Assembly: GCA_965248195.1 (NCBI GenBank)
Contig: CBDFIQ010000002.1
Span: forward strand, 928,001 to 992,000
Source of the DNA: Longimicrobiales bacterium
GTDB taxonomy: Bacteria > Gemmatimonadota > Gemmatimonadetes > Longimicrobiales > Gaopeijiaceae
Reading direction: 5' to 3'
DNA: 64,000 bases
The notes beneath the pieces are model-generated. The model searched no databases. It worked only from the letters and a program-made list of their open reading frames with translations, and was not told the DNA's origin. Made by a program: the position numbers and the translations under genes. This document shows, piece by piece, positions 38,924-48,806 of this stretch. Every line of letters starts with the position of its first letter. Position 1 is the first letter of the stretch.

Positions 38924-40110
38924 GCCTCCTCGGCCGGTACGCGCGCCGACGCGTTCGTCACTGGCGCCGAACGCGACGGCCCTAATGCGTCGGCGCAGCC
39001 GAGGGATTCGACCATCGTTGCAGCGATCTTCTCGGAGCAGTTCGGTCGAAAATACAGATTCTCTCGGCTAAACTTCCGGGTTCGTGCTTCTGCGATGGCG
39101 GCGACGAGCGAATCGTACTCGCCGGCCACGTCCACCACGTTTGCGTTGCGCTCTCGCCCCCGCTGCCGATCTCCAAAGTTGATGACCGGCACGCCGAAGG
39201 AGGCCGCTTCGCGGATCCCGGCGCTCGAGTTGCCGATCATGCACCTGCTGTGCGCCATCACGTGCACGAATCCCTCGAGCGGCATGTGCCGAATCGAGTA
39301 GAACTTCGGGTTCCCACGATGTCTGGCGATATCCGTCAAGATGTTGGAGTTGTTTGTGTCGACATTGGGGTAGAACAGCACCGTCTTCGTATCGAAAGAG
39401 CTGACGGCGTTCAGCAATACGTCCATCGACACGTCGTGCTCGTTCGTCGTGTCGGGATGGACCATGACGAGGAAGTATTCCTCCTGCGGCCCCAGATCCC
39501 ATGGCCGCTTGAATTTCTTGCGGATCTGTGATGGATCAAACGTCTCACCAACATCCAAGGTGCTGATGTACTCCACTGCCGGACAGCCGTAGTCGAAGAC
39601 CGACTCCGGCTCGATCCCCCACCCATGCAACCGCTGCTTGCTGAGCGGCGTGGCGACGAAATGCAAGGTTGCAATGGTCGAGATGATGTCTCGAATGCGA
39701 TCGTCGATGCTCCCGCTCGTCTCACCTCCTTGGATATGCGCAATCGGGATGTTCATGAGCGCTGCGGCGAAGGCGGGTGCCATGGCATCGAATCGGTCCC
39801 CCACGATCAACAGCATATCGGGGCGACAGCCCTGGAAGCAGCTCGAGTGCTGGATCAGCGCGAGGCCAACCGAGTTCACCATCGCCTCGTGGCTGTCGTT
39901 CATGAGAAGGCAGTCGAGTTTCACGGCGACCTCAAAACCGTCTGCCTCGAGATCCACATATGGGGCTCCGTACCGTTCGAGCAGGATCGATGAGCTCGCA
40001 ACGATGTAAAGCTCGATTTCCTCGTACTTGCGAAGCTCGAGCAGCACCAATTTCAACTTCGAATAGTTGGTGCGATTCGTAACAATCACCGCAATCCTCT
40101 TCTTTGCCAT
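38920..40110 (-). CDS. neuC: Second hydrolysing UDP-GlcNAc 2-epimerase
   Basis: TNRTNYSK, GDRFD, HIQGGETSGSIDD, GNSSAGIRE, GDRQRGRE. Confidence 0.92.
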   Translation of the reverse strand: MAKKRIAVIVTNRTNYSKLKLVLLELRKYEEIELYIVASSSILLERYGAPYVDLEADGFEVAVKLDCLLMNDSHEAMVNSVGLALIQHSSCFQGCRPDMLLIVGDRFDAMAPAFAAALMNIPIAHIQGGETSGSIDDRIRDIISTIATLHFVATPLSKQRLHGWGIEPESVFDYGCPAVEYISTLDVGETFDPSQIRKKFKRPWDLGPQEEYFLVMVHPDTTNEHDVSMDVLLNAVSSFDTKTVLFYPNVDTNNSNILTDIARHRGNPKFYSIRHMPLEGFVHVMAHSRCMIGNSSAGIREAASFGVPVINFGDRQRGRERNANVVDVAGEYDSLVAAIAEARTRKFSRENLYFRPNCSEKIAATMVESLGCADALGPSRSAPVTNASARVPAEEA

Positions 40111-40111
40111 G

Positions 40112-40795
40112 CTAAGAATCCGATGCTGACTGGCGTGCGTAATGGAGTTCTGCCAATTCAAAGTCCAACTCATCGTCCACGTCGATGCACAACTCCGGCG
40201 GAACCGGGACTAGGTGTGGGTCACCCGGCGAAAACATCCAAAAATAGCCGGTTTCAGCGAAGAACGCCTTACGCTGGATATGAAAGGCATGCGCCCCTTT
40301 GTAGAAGATGGCCCCGGCAGTCGTGGAGGTATTCCTCGGATCGCGGTTCGTCAGGGCGTGTCCGTCATAGTCGAAAATCCATTCACGCGTCGGGATCGCC
40401 GAAGTGTACGAAGGAAAGTCAGTCGACTGGAAGTAGTCATATGCCTTGCGGACTTCCGACACGCTAAACAGCGGTAGACACGGATTGAAGACGAAAATGT
40501 AGTCACTCGGGATATGCAGATAGTGGGCGAAGGAAACCTCAATCGGGTTAGTGCCCGCCACCACCGACGCCGGGTCGCGCTGCAAGACCTCGACATTCTG
40601 GTACCCCTCCGCCAACTCAAGCAGCGGACGCTCCGCCGCGGCGAGATATCGATGCTCGAAGAAATCCATTCGGTCTAGCTTGGACAGCGCTATCTCTATG
40701 AGGGTCGAGCCTCCAAACGGCCGAATGAGCTTTCGCGGCACTCGAGTTGAAGTGAGCCGAGCGTTGCAGACCACTGATATCGACTTCATGCGCAC
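40112..40795 (-). CDS. Cytidylyltransferase-like protein (divergent NeuA/KdsB family)
   Basis: ARLTSTRVPRK..RPF, NPCLPL, IDVDDELDF. Confidence 0.8.
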   Translation of the reverse strand: MRMKSISVVCNARLTSTRVPRKLIRPFGGSTLIEIALSKLDRMDFFEHRYLAAAERPLLELAEGYQNVEVLQRDPASVVAGTNPIEVSFAHYLHIPSDYIFVFNPCLPLFSVSEVRKAYDYFQSTDFPSYTSAIPTREWIFDYDGHALTNRDPRNTSTTAGAIFYKGAHAFHIQRKAFFAETGYFWMFSPGDPHLVPVPPELCIDVDDELDFELAELHYARQSASDS

Positions 40796-41018
40796 GAATA
40801 CTTGACTAGGGAAGGTCCGACCGCGCTGGAACCGGACTTGTGGCCTTAGAGATCTGGATGGGCCTGGGAAGACGGAATTCTTCCCTGCGACAGGAACACC
40901 CGGCGGAACCCGCTACTTTAAACGAATGAAGATGTATCGGAGGTCTATTGAGGTCAACGTCTTATGAGCGTTTCGGTCGAGCGATTCGCCTGACCTCAAG
41001 AGGTTCCTGCCCATGGAT

Positions 41019-42188
41019 TCAGCCTTCCAAGTCCAGAACGTTCGGTCGATCTTGATCGCTATCCGACTTGACCAGGTAGAGCTCGGGGGCTTCCACCAAT
41101 GGGCCATAGGCGAGCTCGAGCCTCCGCGAGGTCCACAGAGCACCCTTTATCGGAACATGGCCGGATTCGAAGGGCTGGAATAGGGAGGGAAATCCGGGCC
41201 AGTCGCCGTCTGAGCCCGTTCGGCGAAGGCCGTTCCTTTCCAGGATCTCCCCGATCTCTCGATGGGTGCTATGGACGTCTAGGAAGAGGGCTCCGTGCTG
41301 GCGAGCCTCGTCGATCGCGGCCGTCAGGAGAGATTGCACGGCCTGGGGTCTCCCCAATATCTCCACAACTCGGACGACCCTCTCCCGTCGACCCAGGATG
41401 GGCTCGACACGATAAACGAGAAGGCCCAGGGGGAGCCGTGACCCAGAGTCCACAGCCACACGGAGCTCGTAGCGGAAGGTAGGATGCTCAACGTATCGCC
41501 ATTGAAGGTCCGCGGCGGCTTTGCTGGGACCATAACAACAGACGGCGAGCTCTCTCCGCCACAGCTCCTCCCAGGCCACGGCGGAAGAGCGGTCCCAGGG
41601 GCAGACCTCGATGGTGGAAGAGGTTTCGGGTCGGGGACCCCCCGCCCCGTCGAATTTGTGACGCTCGATCCAGATCGCTCGATCGAGATCACTGGGATCG
41701 AGCTCCGCCAGAAGGCACAGTGTGGCCTCCCCGTCGAGCACGGCGACCCATCGAGGAAGCTCCTGGAGAGGACGGAAACGCATCGCCCGATAGATCCTGG
41801 CCGCGGTATCGTTGAGTCCCAAAGCGAAAATCGCTTCGAAGCCTCGATCTCTTACGGCCCACAGCAAGCCCAGGCCCGCCCCGGAGCTTCGCGCTTCCTC
41901 GAGGCTATACCACTGACTCAACCAAACTGCAGGAATGGACGCACCCTTCAGATTCAGCTCGAAGCCGATGAGACCGAGCATGCCTACGAGCTTGCCATCA
42001 AGGCGGGCCAGCAGGACGGTGGGTCCCGGCCACTCTCCGCGTCCCATGCGCTCGGCCTGAAACTGCCATTGCAGAAGCTCCGAATCGTGCGCCAGGGGAT
42101 GATCCGCCCTCCAATGAGCCTCGATGAAGCCCATCAGCTCGGCCACCTCTTCGGGACGGCAGGCTTGAATCTCCACGGCCGACGTCAC
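41019..42188 (-). CDS. GNAT-fold acyltransferase-like protein
   Basis: LLQWQF, LVGMLG, RSSGAGLGL, LQWRYVEHP...Y, DSDQDRP. Confidence 0.65.
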   Translation of the reverse strand: MTSAVEIQACRPEEVAELMGFIEAHWRADHPLAHDSELLQWQFQAERMGRGEWPGPTVLLARLDGKLVGMLGLIGFELNLKGASIPAVWLSQWYSLEEARSSGAGLGLLWAVRDRGFEAIFALGLNDTAARIYRAMRFRPLQELPRWVAVLDGEATLCLLAELDPSDLDRAIWIERHKFDGAGGPRPETSSTIEVCPWDRSSAVAWEELWRRELAVCCYGPSKAAADLQWRYVEHPTFRYELRVAVDSGSRLPLGLLVYRVEPILGRRERVVRVVEILGRPQAVQSLLTAAIDEARQHGALFLDVHSTHREIGEILERNGLRRTGSDGDWPGFPSLFQPFESGHVPIKGALWTSRRLELAYGPLVEAPELYLVKSDSDQDRPNVLDLEG

Positions 42189-42206
42189 GACCTGGGGACT
42201 TCCTCT

Positions 42207-42539
42207 TCAGGAGAGGTCACTCCCGGTCGCCTCCTCCAGCCTCGACCAGACATATTCGATCAGCGTATTCACGTTACGAAATGGACTGTGATTCATGGAC
42301 ATGGCCCTCTCATCGGCGAGGATGAGCGCATAGTCGTGTTCTTCATGAAGACGTTGTTCCAGGTCAACGATGAGATTCACGAGACCCAGAGAATCGAGCA
42401 CCCCCCCGGACCCGATGAGCCCCGTCTGTTCCTCGATTCGGCCGTCAGACTCCAGACCGGACTCCTCCAGAAGGTCTTTCAAGGCCTCTTGGACCAGTTT
42501 CGCTACGTCCTTTCGTCTGAGCCCCTGCTTATCGCTCAT
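42207..42539 (-). CDS. Acyl carrier protein
   Basis: Small acidic protein with LDSLGLVNLI phosphopantetheine site; SPFRNVNTL. Confidence 0.85.
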   Translation of the reverse strand: MSDKQGLRRKDVAKLVQEALKDLLEESGLESDGRIEEQTGLIGSGGVLDSLGLVNLIVDLEQRLHEEHDYALILADERAMSMNHSPFRNVNTLIEYVWSRLEEATGSDLS

Positions 42540-42795
42540 GGATCCATTTCCTCTCTCGGCCTCGCGACCTGGCCGCAAAGAGCCCATGTTGGGAACACCT
42601 CGGCCGGAGATCGCACACTCCGCACGTTCTGAGTCCCTGGCAGTTAACAATTCGGTCCGCCGAACTCGAAAGCCCGATCATGGACCTGCCTCGAACGCAG
42701 GTTAATGGCTCGGCCCGGCCCTGGGCAATGGGTTGGCCCGGGCCAAGTCGCCCGCCGCGACTCCACGCATACGTCTAGTACTGCGACGTCCCGCG

Positions 42796-44151
42796 TCAGG
42801 CCCGGGCCGTCGACTTTCGTAGCTTCTTGAAGCGCTCGCTGTGCTGGACCGAGTCGTCCGCCCGCACCCTCATCGGAATCTTGTATGGCTGCAGGTGCTT
42901 CGCGCAGTGCTGCTTGACTTGACGGGTCAATTCCGCGGGATCCTGCGGTTCGCGAAGCAGCATGCGCACGCAGACGATCTGACCGATGATCAGGTTCTCC
43001 TCTCCGAACACGGTGACTTCCGCGACGTTGGGCATTCCCTGGATGACGCTCTCGACCTCAGCGGGGAACACCTTCTGACCACCGACGTTGATCACCTCCG
43101 ATTCTCGCCCTAGGAACCGTACGTACTCTCCGTCGACCTCTACGACGTCTCCCGTAACGAACCAACCGTCGTGAGTGAAGGGGCTCGGCGCGTTGAGATA
43201 GCCGAGCATTGCTGAATGGGCACGGATGTGGAGAATCCCCTCGACAACCCGGGTCTCGAAGCCCTCGCCGCCGACGCGAACCCAGAGTGAGTCGGATGAC
43301 TTGGACTTGGAGCGCAGGACACCGAGCTCCGACAGACCGTAGGTCTGCTCCAGTCGGACCTCCGGAAAAGCCGCGCGGCACCGCTTGAGCGTCGATTCCG
43401 GCATCGGCTCCGTGCCGTAGCTGATGATCTTCAGGGAGCCGAGGTTGTACCTCGTGTGGGCCTCACTGAGGAGGATGAGGTTGAGAAACGTTGGCGAGGT
43501 GGGCAGAAGTTGGACTCCGTGCTCTTCGACTGCAGCCAGCACCTGATCCGGGGTTCTCGCGTCGACCGCCACCAGACATCCACCGTTGGAGAGGGCATAG
43601 AGCATGGTGTTCACGCCCCCGAGGTGGTCGTAGAGGAGGAAGGGAATGATACGAAGCTGGTGGCGGCGCACCATGAACTTGTCCAGCAACGGCACAACAT
43701 CGTGGACCGCGGCCTTGGTCTTCCCGGTGGAGGCGGAGGAAAAGACGACGAGCCCGGGATGGCCACTGCTTCGAAGCTGTGAATAGAAGGCGTGATCTGC
43801 CGATCCGCCGAGGTTGTCGATCTGGACCTGATCGTCACCGCCGATTGAGCACGAGTATTCGACCTGGGCTACTTCGAGAAACTCGGACCTCTGCGCGTGC
43901 ACCGCTGCGCTCAGGGGCACCAGTATGCTCTGGTGTTCGACCAGCGCGAGGAAGAAAGCGACGGCGTTCGGCGAGTAGTCGGCCTCAATGGCAACGACGG
44001 CGCCAGAAGGAAGTGCGGCCTCATCCAGAGCGGCGCGCCAGGTGTCGATTCGTTCGATGAGCTCCAGGTACTTCGTCGTCCGGCCCCGCCAGACGATGAA
44101 GTCGTCGTCCTTGTGCTTCTCGAAGACGTCCAAGAGGAAGTCGAGGATCAC
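42796..44151 (-). CDS. AMP-binding acyl-CoA/acyl-ACP ligase
   Basis: FSSASTGKTK, TYGLSE, TGD, GR..INVGGQKV.P.EVE, YKIP. Confidence 0.9.
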   Translation of the reverse strand: MILDFLLDVFEKHKDDDFIVWRGRTTKYLELIERIDTWRAALDEAALPSGAVVAIEADYSPNAVAFFLALVEHQSILVPLSAAVHAQRSEFLEVAQVEYSCSIGGDDQVQIDNLGGSADHAFYSQLRSSGHPGLVVFSSASTGKTKAAVHDVVPLLDKFMVRRHQLRIIPFLLYDHLGGVNTMLYALSNGGCLVAVDARTPDQVLAAVEEHGVQLLPTSPTFLNLILLSEAHTRYNLGSLKIISYGTEPMPESTLKRCRAAFPEVRLEQTYGLSELGVLRSKSKSSDSLWVRVGGEGFETRVVEGILHIRAHSAMLGYLNAPSPFTHDGWFVTGDVVEVDGEYVRFLGRESEVINVGGQKVFPAEVESVIQGMPNVAEVTVFGEENLIIGQIVCVRMLLREPQDPAELTRQVKQHCAKHLQPYKIPMRVRADDSVQHSERFKKLRKSTARA

Positions 44152-44861
44152 GAAACGCCGCCGAGATAGAGGACCTGTCCCGTCACGAAGTCGCTTTCCT
44201 CTCGAATGAAGAAGTCGACGACATTCGTCAGATCTCTGACTTCGTTGTATCTCGGAATCGCCTGGCGACCGATCAGCGCAGCCATCTTCTCCTCGGGAAC
44301 TCCCTTGATTAGGTCCGTCTTGAATGCACCCGGTCCCACCGCGTTCACCGTGATCCCGTAGGTTGCGAATTCTCTTGCAAGGATCTGCGTCAAGTTGACC
44401 ACCGCGGCTTTTGACGCAGCGTAGATGGCTTCACCCTCCAAGCGAAAGGGCACGGCAAATGAGGAGAAATTGAGGATTCGCCCGGAGCCCGTCCTCTGCA
44501 TCAACTTGGCCGCTTCCCGGCAGAAGAGGAAGACGCCGAGCACGTTGGTGTCGAGGATCTTGGAGATCATGGAGACGGGCGTCAGCAGTGCATGATTCAT
44601 CGAGGCGACACCTGCGTTGTTGAGCAGCACGTCCAGTCTCGAGTATTGCTTGCGAATCTGCACGAACAGTTGCTTGACGGCATCTTCGTCGGCGACGTCC
44701 AAGCAGAAGTGCGCGTAGTTCTCCGCCTCCCAATCGGCTGCCCGTCGACTGCAGCCGATGACCTGGTAGCCGGTCCTGGCGTAGTGCTCCGCCAGGTGCC
44801 TTCCGATCCCCTTCCGGCTGCCGGTGATGAGCATGACCGGTTTGCTGCTCTGCAAGCTCAA
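44148..44861 (-). CDS. SDR family oxidoreductase (3-oxoacyl-ACP reductase-like)
   Basis: ITGSRKGIG, NNAG, YAASK, VNAVGPG, VTGQ. Confidence 0.9.
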   Translation of the reverse strand: MSLQSSKPVMLITGSRKGIGRHLAEHYARTGYQVIGCSRRAADWEAENYAHFCLDVADEDAVKQLFVQIRKQYSRLDVLLNNAGVASMNHALLTPVSMISKILDTNVLGVFLFCREAAKLMQRTGSGRILNFSSFAVPFRLEGEAIYAASKAAVVNLTQILAREFATYGITVNAVGPGAFKTDLIKGVPEEKMAALIGRQAIPRYNEVRDLTNVVDFFIREESDFVTGQVLYLGGVS

Positions 44862-44925
44862 CCTCCCCGTCGCATCAGTAACAAGGGTTCAAAATAGATG
44901 GCTCACCGGGAGGTCCTTCAACCTT

Positions 44926-45016
44926 CTCCGAAGTAGTGAGAATAGCCAAGGCAAACACCCCGTCACGGCTTGGGATAAGGTGACGGGCAGAAACAAGTCG
45001 GTCAACCTGAGGTCTC
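44926..45016 (-). promoter_or_regulatory. Conserved upstream element, copy A (candidate promoter); also inside the repeats at 48430-48683 and 49668-49921
   Basis: Shared core TAGCCAAGGCAAACAC...GGCTTGGGATAAGGTGACGGGCAGAAACAAG.CGGTCAAC; minus strand reads GTGACG-16-TATTCT. Confidence 0.6.
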
Positions 45017-45132
45017 AGCCGCCGCGCGAAGTCTTTAATCGGGATGGTCCTAAAGGATCATCGCACCTATACTGAGGCCCGTAATTAAAGAGCGGTAGAG
45101 GCATGGGTGGTCCGCGGGGCGATGGAGGCCGC

Positions 45133-46188
45133 ATGATCCAGTCTGTGGGGAGCGTGTTCGGCGCCGCGGAGTACGTCCTGCTGGGATGCGCGTTCCTGGT
45201 CTCATTGCTGGGAACCAAGCTCGTGTACCGCTACGCGCTTCGCAGGGGGATCCTCGATGTTCCCAACGAGCGGAGCCTGCACGAGTCTCCTCTGCCCAGC
45301 GGCGGGGGAATGCCGCTGGCGCTGGTTTGGGGGGGGACTCTGGTCTGGCTCGCTGCCACCGCCGAGCTTGCCCCCACGGAAGTGCTCGCTTTGGCCGCGG
45401 CACTTCCCATCGCGTTGATGGGGTGGGTGGATGACCGTCGTAACCTGTCCCGGGCCTTTAGGTTTGGCACCCAGATCGTGTGTGCGACGTGGGCGGTCGT
45501 TTGGCTGCGTGGCATGCCAGACGTCCAGCTTGGAGCGAGTTCCCTGAACCTGGGAATCCTCGGCGGCGTCCTTTCGGTTGTCTTCCTCGTTTGGGTGACC
45601 AATCTCTACAACTTCATGGACGGCTCCGACGGCTTCGCCGGTACCCAGGGTGCGTTAGGCGGTGCCTTCGCGGCGGTCATTCTCTTCCTGAACGGGCTTG
45701 GCGGCCTCGGTCTCGCCGCGGCGGCGCTGTCCCTGGGCACCCTGGCTTTCCTGCGGTGGAACTGGCCGCCGGCGCAAATCTTCCTCGGAGATGTCGGCAG
45801 CAACCTCCTCGGATTCGCTTTCGGAGCCCTCGTACTGGCCGGTGAGCGGCGAGCGGGACTGGGTCTCCTACTGGTAATGCCGTTTCTCGTGTTTGGCGTG
45901 GATGCCAGTGTGACCCTTCTTCGTCGAGTGATGCAGGGCGAGAGGATCGTGGATGCCCACCGCACCCATGCCTACCAGCGGCTGATCGAGCGTGGGTGGT
46001 CGCACCGCACAGTTGCGATGGCTCTCGCGAGCATGGTCGCTGGGCTCGGTGCTCTCGCTGTATGGGCATCCCTCGATCGGGAGCGGATCCTCATCGCGTT
46101 CTCGGTGGCGACGTCCATTCTCGTGGTGGTAACCGTCTTGGTCCCTCACAAACCGGGACAGGGGGTGGGGGAGATCGTTCGAGAGTAG
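45133..46188 (+). CDS. Polyprenyl-phosphate HexNAc-1-phosphate transferase (WecA/WbpL/MraY family)
   Basis: DVPNERSLH, GWVDD, NLYNFMDGSDG, WNWPPAQIFLGDVGS, AHRTHAYQ; GGAGG before ATG 45133. Confidence 0.92.
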   Translation: MIQSVGSVFGAAEYVLLGCAFLVSLLGTKLVYRYALRRGILDVPNERSLHESPLPSGGGMPLALVWGGTLVWLAATAELAPTEVLALAAALPIALMGWVDDRRNLSRAFRFGTQIVCATWAVVWLRGMPDVQLGASSLNLGILGGVLSVVFLVWVTNLYNFMDGSDGFAGTQGALGGAFAAVILFLNGLGGLGLAAAALSLGTLAFLRWNWPPAQIFLGDVGSNLLGFAFGALVLAGERRAGLGLLLVMPFLVFGVDASVTLLRRVMQGERIVDAHRTHAYQRLIERGWSHRTVAMALASMVAGLGALAVWASLDRERILIAFSVATSILVVVTVLVPHKPGQGVGEIVRE

Positions 46189-46195
46189 GGCGGAC

Positions 46196-48442
46196 TCAGC
46201 GTGTCAGAATCACAAGCACCACCGTCGTGACCGATGTCAGGATCCCGACCAGATCCGTGATCAGCCCCACCGTGCCGAGTCCGGCCAACGGGTCCTTGAC
46301 CGGTACGATCACCACGCTTCCCGGTCCAGGCTCCGGATAACTCGACCAGAACAGAAACTTGGACCGAGTCCGCGCCAGGCCGTTCGCGTACCGGACCGAC
46401 ACCCTGCCCTTGTCCGCGTCCCTTCGGTATCCGCCTGCGCCGGCCAGGTAGTAGTCGAAGCCTTCTCCCTCACGGTAGAGCACGGTCACGGGTGAGTTCA
46501 CAGCGCCCGTGACCACCACGGTGGGGGAGTATTCGGGGATGTGCAGGGAATCCCCTGGCTGTAAGAGTATGTTGGCTTGGTCTGAAGGGTTTGCCAGAGC
46601 GGTGGGAAGATCAAGGTTGATGCGACCGAGAAGATCCTGTTGCCGAAAGAACCGTGCGCCTTCTGGGTACCCTGTGTCCAGCAAGCCGCTCGCCCGGCCT
46701 ATGAGGTCGATTACGCGATCGCTCTTGGTCAGGAGGGTGTACTCGCCGGGAACCGACACCTCACCCGTGATCGTGACCGACTGAGGCATCTCGAATTCGG
46801 GCTGCCTCAGAATCAGAACCTGGTCGAACGGCTGAAGTATGAACTCGGGGCTGGACCCGGCTGGGGGGAAGGTCACTCCTGGAGGGCCCACGTACTGTCC
46901 GTCGGGTGCTCGCTGGCTCAGATAGCTGGAGTCCAACGGGACCAGCAACGCGTCGGAAAGCTCACCGAGCCCGCGCTGGTCGGGGAGGCGCGATACCTCC
47001 GCCTTGCGCAAGTCGGCCCCGACGGTGGGTCCCCGAGCCAGGAGCAACAGGTCGCGGATCGTCATGCCTTTTCGCCACGGGAGCGTATCGGGAGCAGCGA
47101 CCATGCCGGTGATCGACACGTAATAGCTGTCTCGGAGCTCCAACACGGCATCGACGACGATGGAATCGCCGTCCTGCAATCCGATCGGGGGGACGATGAC
47201 ACCGCCAAGGTGCCCCCACTCGCTCGGATCCCTAGACGGGGTCAAGCCTATGTCGATGGCGGTGCGATCGTTCGATCCCGGTCCCCGGTCACTCGGGCGC
47301 ACCACCCGATGGATCGTCACGCGCTGGCGGTTCGCCTCGGGCGCAAAGCCCCCGGATGCGTCAAGGACATCGATCAGATCGTCATCGAGGTCCAGCTCGT
47401 AATTGGCCGGTCGGACCACGGACCCGTACAACTTTACCTGTCGCCCTTTCAGCGGGACGAAGACCACGTCCCCCTGCCTCAGGATGACGTCTCCCGAAAC
47501 GTCACCGTCGAGCAGATACGGGTAGAGGTCGAGGGAGACTTCGTCCCCGCTGCGCCTCTGGACCTTGATCCCGCGCAGGCTACCCAACTCCGTGGGACCG
47601 CCCGCGGCGTAGAGCGCGTTCGTCACCGTAGCCACAGATGCCAGTTGATACGCGCCGGCCTGGGCTATCTCACCCGTGACGTAGATCTGAATCGTGCGAA
47701 GTTGGGTGATCGATACGTCGACAGACGTCGTGCCGCGGGGGATCCCCGAATACGAGTCGGCTAGCCGGTTGGAAAGCAGAAGCCTGAGGCCCGCCATCGT
47801 AAGATTCGCCACGGAGATCCGGCCGACGTTGGGTACGACCACGAACCCCTCTCGCGTCACAACCAACTCGTGAGCCAGCTCGACCTCACCCGTGAGGATC
47901 AGGACGAGTTCGTCCCCAGGTCCGATCATGTAGTCGTCAGGCGCTGGGCCGGAGAGAAGGGGTTGGAACTGGGTACTCGTCCGGGTGAAGACGTCGAGGC
48001 CGAAGGTGGGGAGGCCGTTGACCAGAGTCTGCTGCCGATCCGTGCCCGATTCCATGCCGTCGCTGACTGGCACGCGCTCCAGTCCGTCTGCGTCCGCAAC
48101 TGCGATTCCCACCGCTTCCAGAGCTCTCAGGGCGTCGTTGTCGTACGCGGGGGGCGCGGTGGTCGGCTCGCCAGAGAGAAACTGGTCCAGCGCGTCGGCG
48201 GGTAGGCCGGCCGCAGTGAGTCGGGCCCGGATCTCGGAGTCGCTGAGACCGGACTGGAGAAGGCGCTGGCGGACCTGATCCTCATTCTCTGGGTTCAGGA
48301 TCTGAGCCGAAGCGCATAGTGCGGAAGCCAGTCCCACCGCAACGCACAGCACTGCCGCCCTGACGGACCGCCGCCCCACCCGGAGGAGGGGGCGAAAGCT
48401 GGGGCGAGTTGATTCTTTGAGGATGTTCCGAAGGAATCGCAC
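46196..48442 (-). CDS. SLBB-repeat polysaccharide export protein (KpsD-like)
   Basis: DYMIGPGDEL, GFVVVPNVG, ALYAAGGP..GSLR, repeated G.V..PG/AGG SLBB units, C-terminal helix. Confidence 0.88.
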   Translation of the reverse strand: MRFLRNILKESTRPSFRPLLRVGRRSVRAAVLCVAVGLASALCASAQILNPENEDQVRQRLLQSGLSDSEIRARLTAAGLPADALDQFLSGEPTTAPPAYDNDALRALEAVGIAVADADGLERVPVSDGMESGTDRQQTLVNGLPTFGLDVFTRTSTQFQPLLSGPAPDDYMIGPGDELVLILTGEVELAHELVVTREGFVVVPNVGRISVANLTMAGLRLLLSNRLADSYSGIPRGTTSVDVSITQLRTIQIYVTGEIAQAGAYQLASVATVTNALYAAGGPTELGSLRGIKVQRRSGDEVSLDLYPYLLDGDVSGDVILRQGDVVFVPLKGRQVKLYGSVVRPANYELDLDDDLIDVLDASGGFAPEANRQRVTIHRVVRPSDRGPGSNDRTAIDIGLTPSRDPSEWGHLGGVIVPPIGLQDGDSIVVDAVLELRDSYYVSITGMVAAPDTLPWRKGMTIRDLLLLARGPTVGADLRKAEVSRLPDQRGLGELSDALLVPLDSSYLSQRAPDGQYVGPPGVTFPPAGSSPEFILQPFDQVLILRQPEFEMPQSVTITGEVSVPGEYTLLTKSDRVIDLIGRASGLLDTGYPEGARFFRQQDLLGRINLDLPTALANPSDQANILLQPGDSLHIPEYSPTVVVTGAVNSPVTVLYREGEGFDYYLAGAGGYRRDADKGRVSVRYANGLARTRSKFLFWSSYPEPGPGSVVIVPVKDPLAGLGTVGLITDLVGILTSVTTVVLVILTR

Positions 48443-48683
48443 GCGGTATTACTCCAAAGTAGTAAGTATAGCCAAGGCAAACACGCTTTCATGGCTTGGG
48501 ATAAGGTGACGGGCAGAAACAAGCCGGTCAACAGCAGGGCTCACGCTGGTGACGCGACTCCGGGGTCGTCGATCTCATCCGGAGCTGATGGTCCTGGGCG
48601 TTGACCGAGGTCGTCAAGCTCGGGCGAACCAGATCGACTGTGAAGCGCCAGTCGCTCGAGAGGCCGAAATCGTAGTGCTCTGC
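48430..48683 (-). repeat. ~254-bp direct repeat copy B (wzi fragment + upstream element + first codons of kpsD-like gene)
   Basis: Colinear with 49668-49921 with scattered substitutions and small indels. Confidence 0.92.
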
Positions 48684-48806
48684 TTTCCGTCACCAAGTTC
48701 GGCCGGGGCCGGCGGGCATGCCCAATGACTGCTCTCGCTGCGACGTCAAACGGAGCGCGGGCTGTATCGGCAGACCTGCCCTACTCGAGAATACCTGTGG
48801 ATGACT

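Noticed and set aside
37934..39301. Long antisense ORFs (455 aa here; also 41484-42632, 46640-47764, 31277-32308, 61055-62119)
   Set aside because: Shadow frames opposite well-supported genes in GC-rich DNA, with no motifs
42733..42746. Perfect palindrome TTGGCCCGGGCCAA between the ligase and ACP genes
   Set aside because: Single GC-rich occurrence with no U-tract; cannot be distinguished from chance
42207..44861. ACP/ligase/reductase as a PKS or NRPS cluster
   Set aside because: No ketosynthase or condensation domain; context points to glycan acylation
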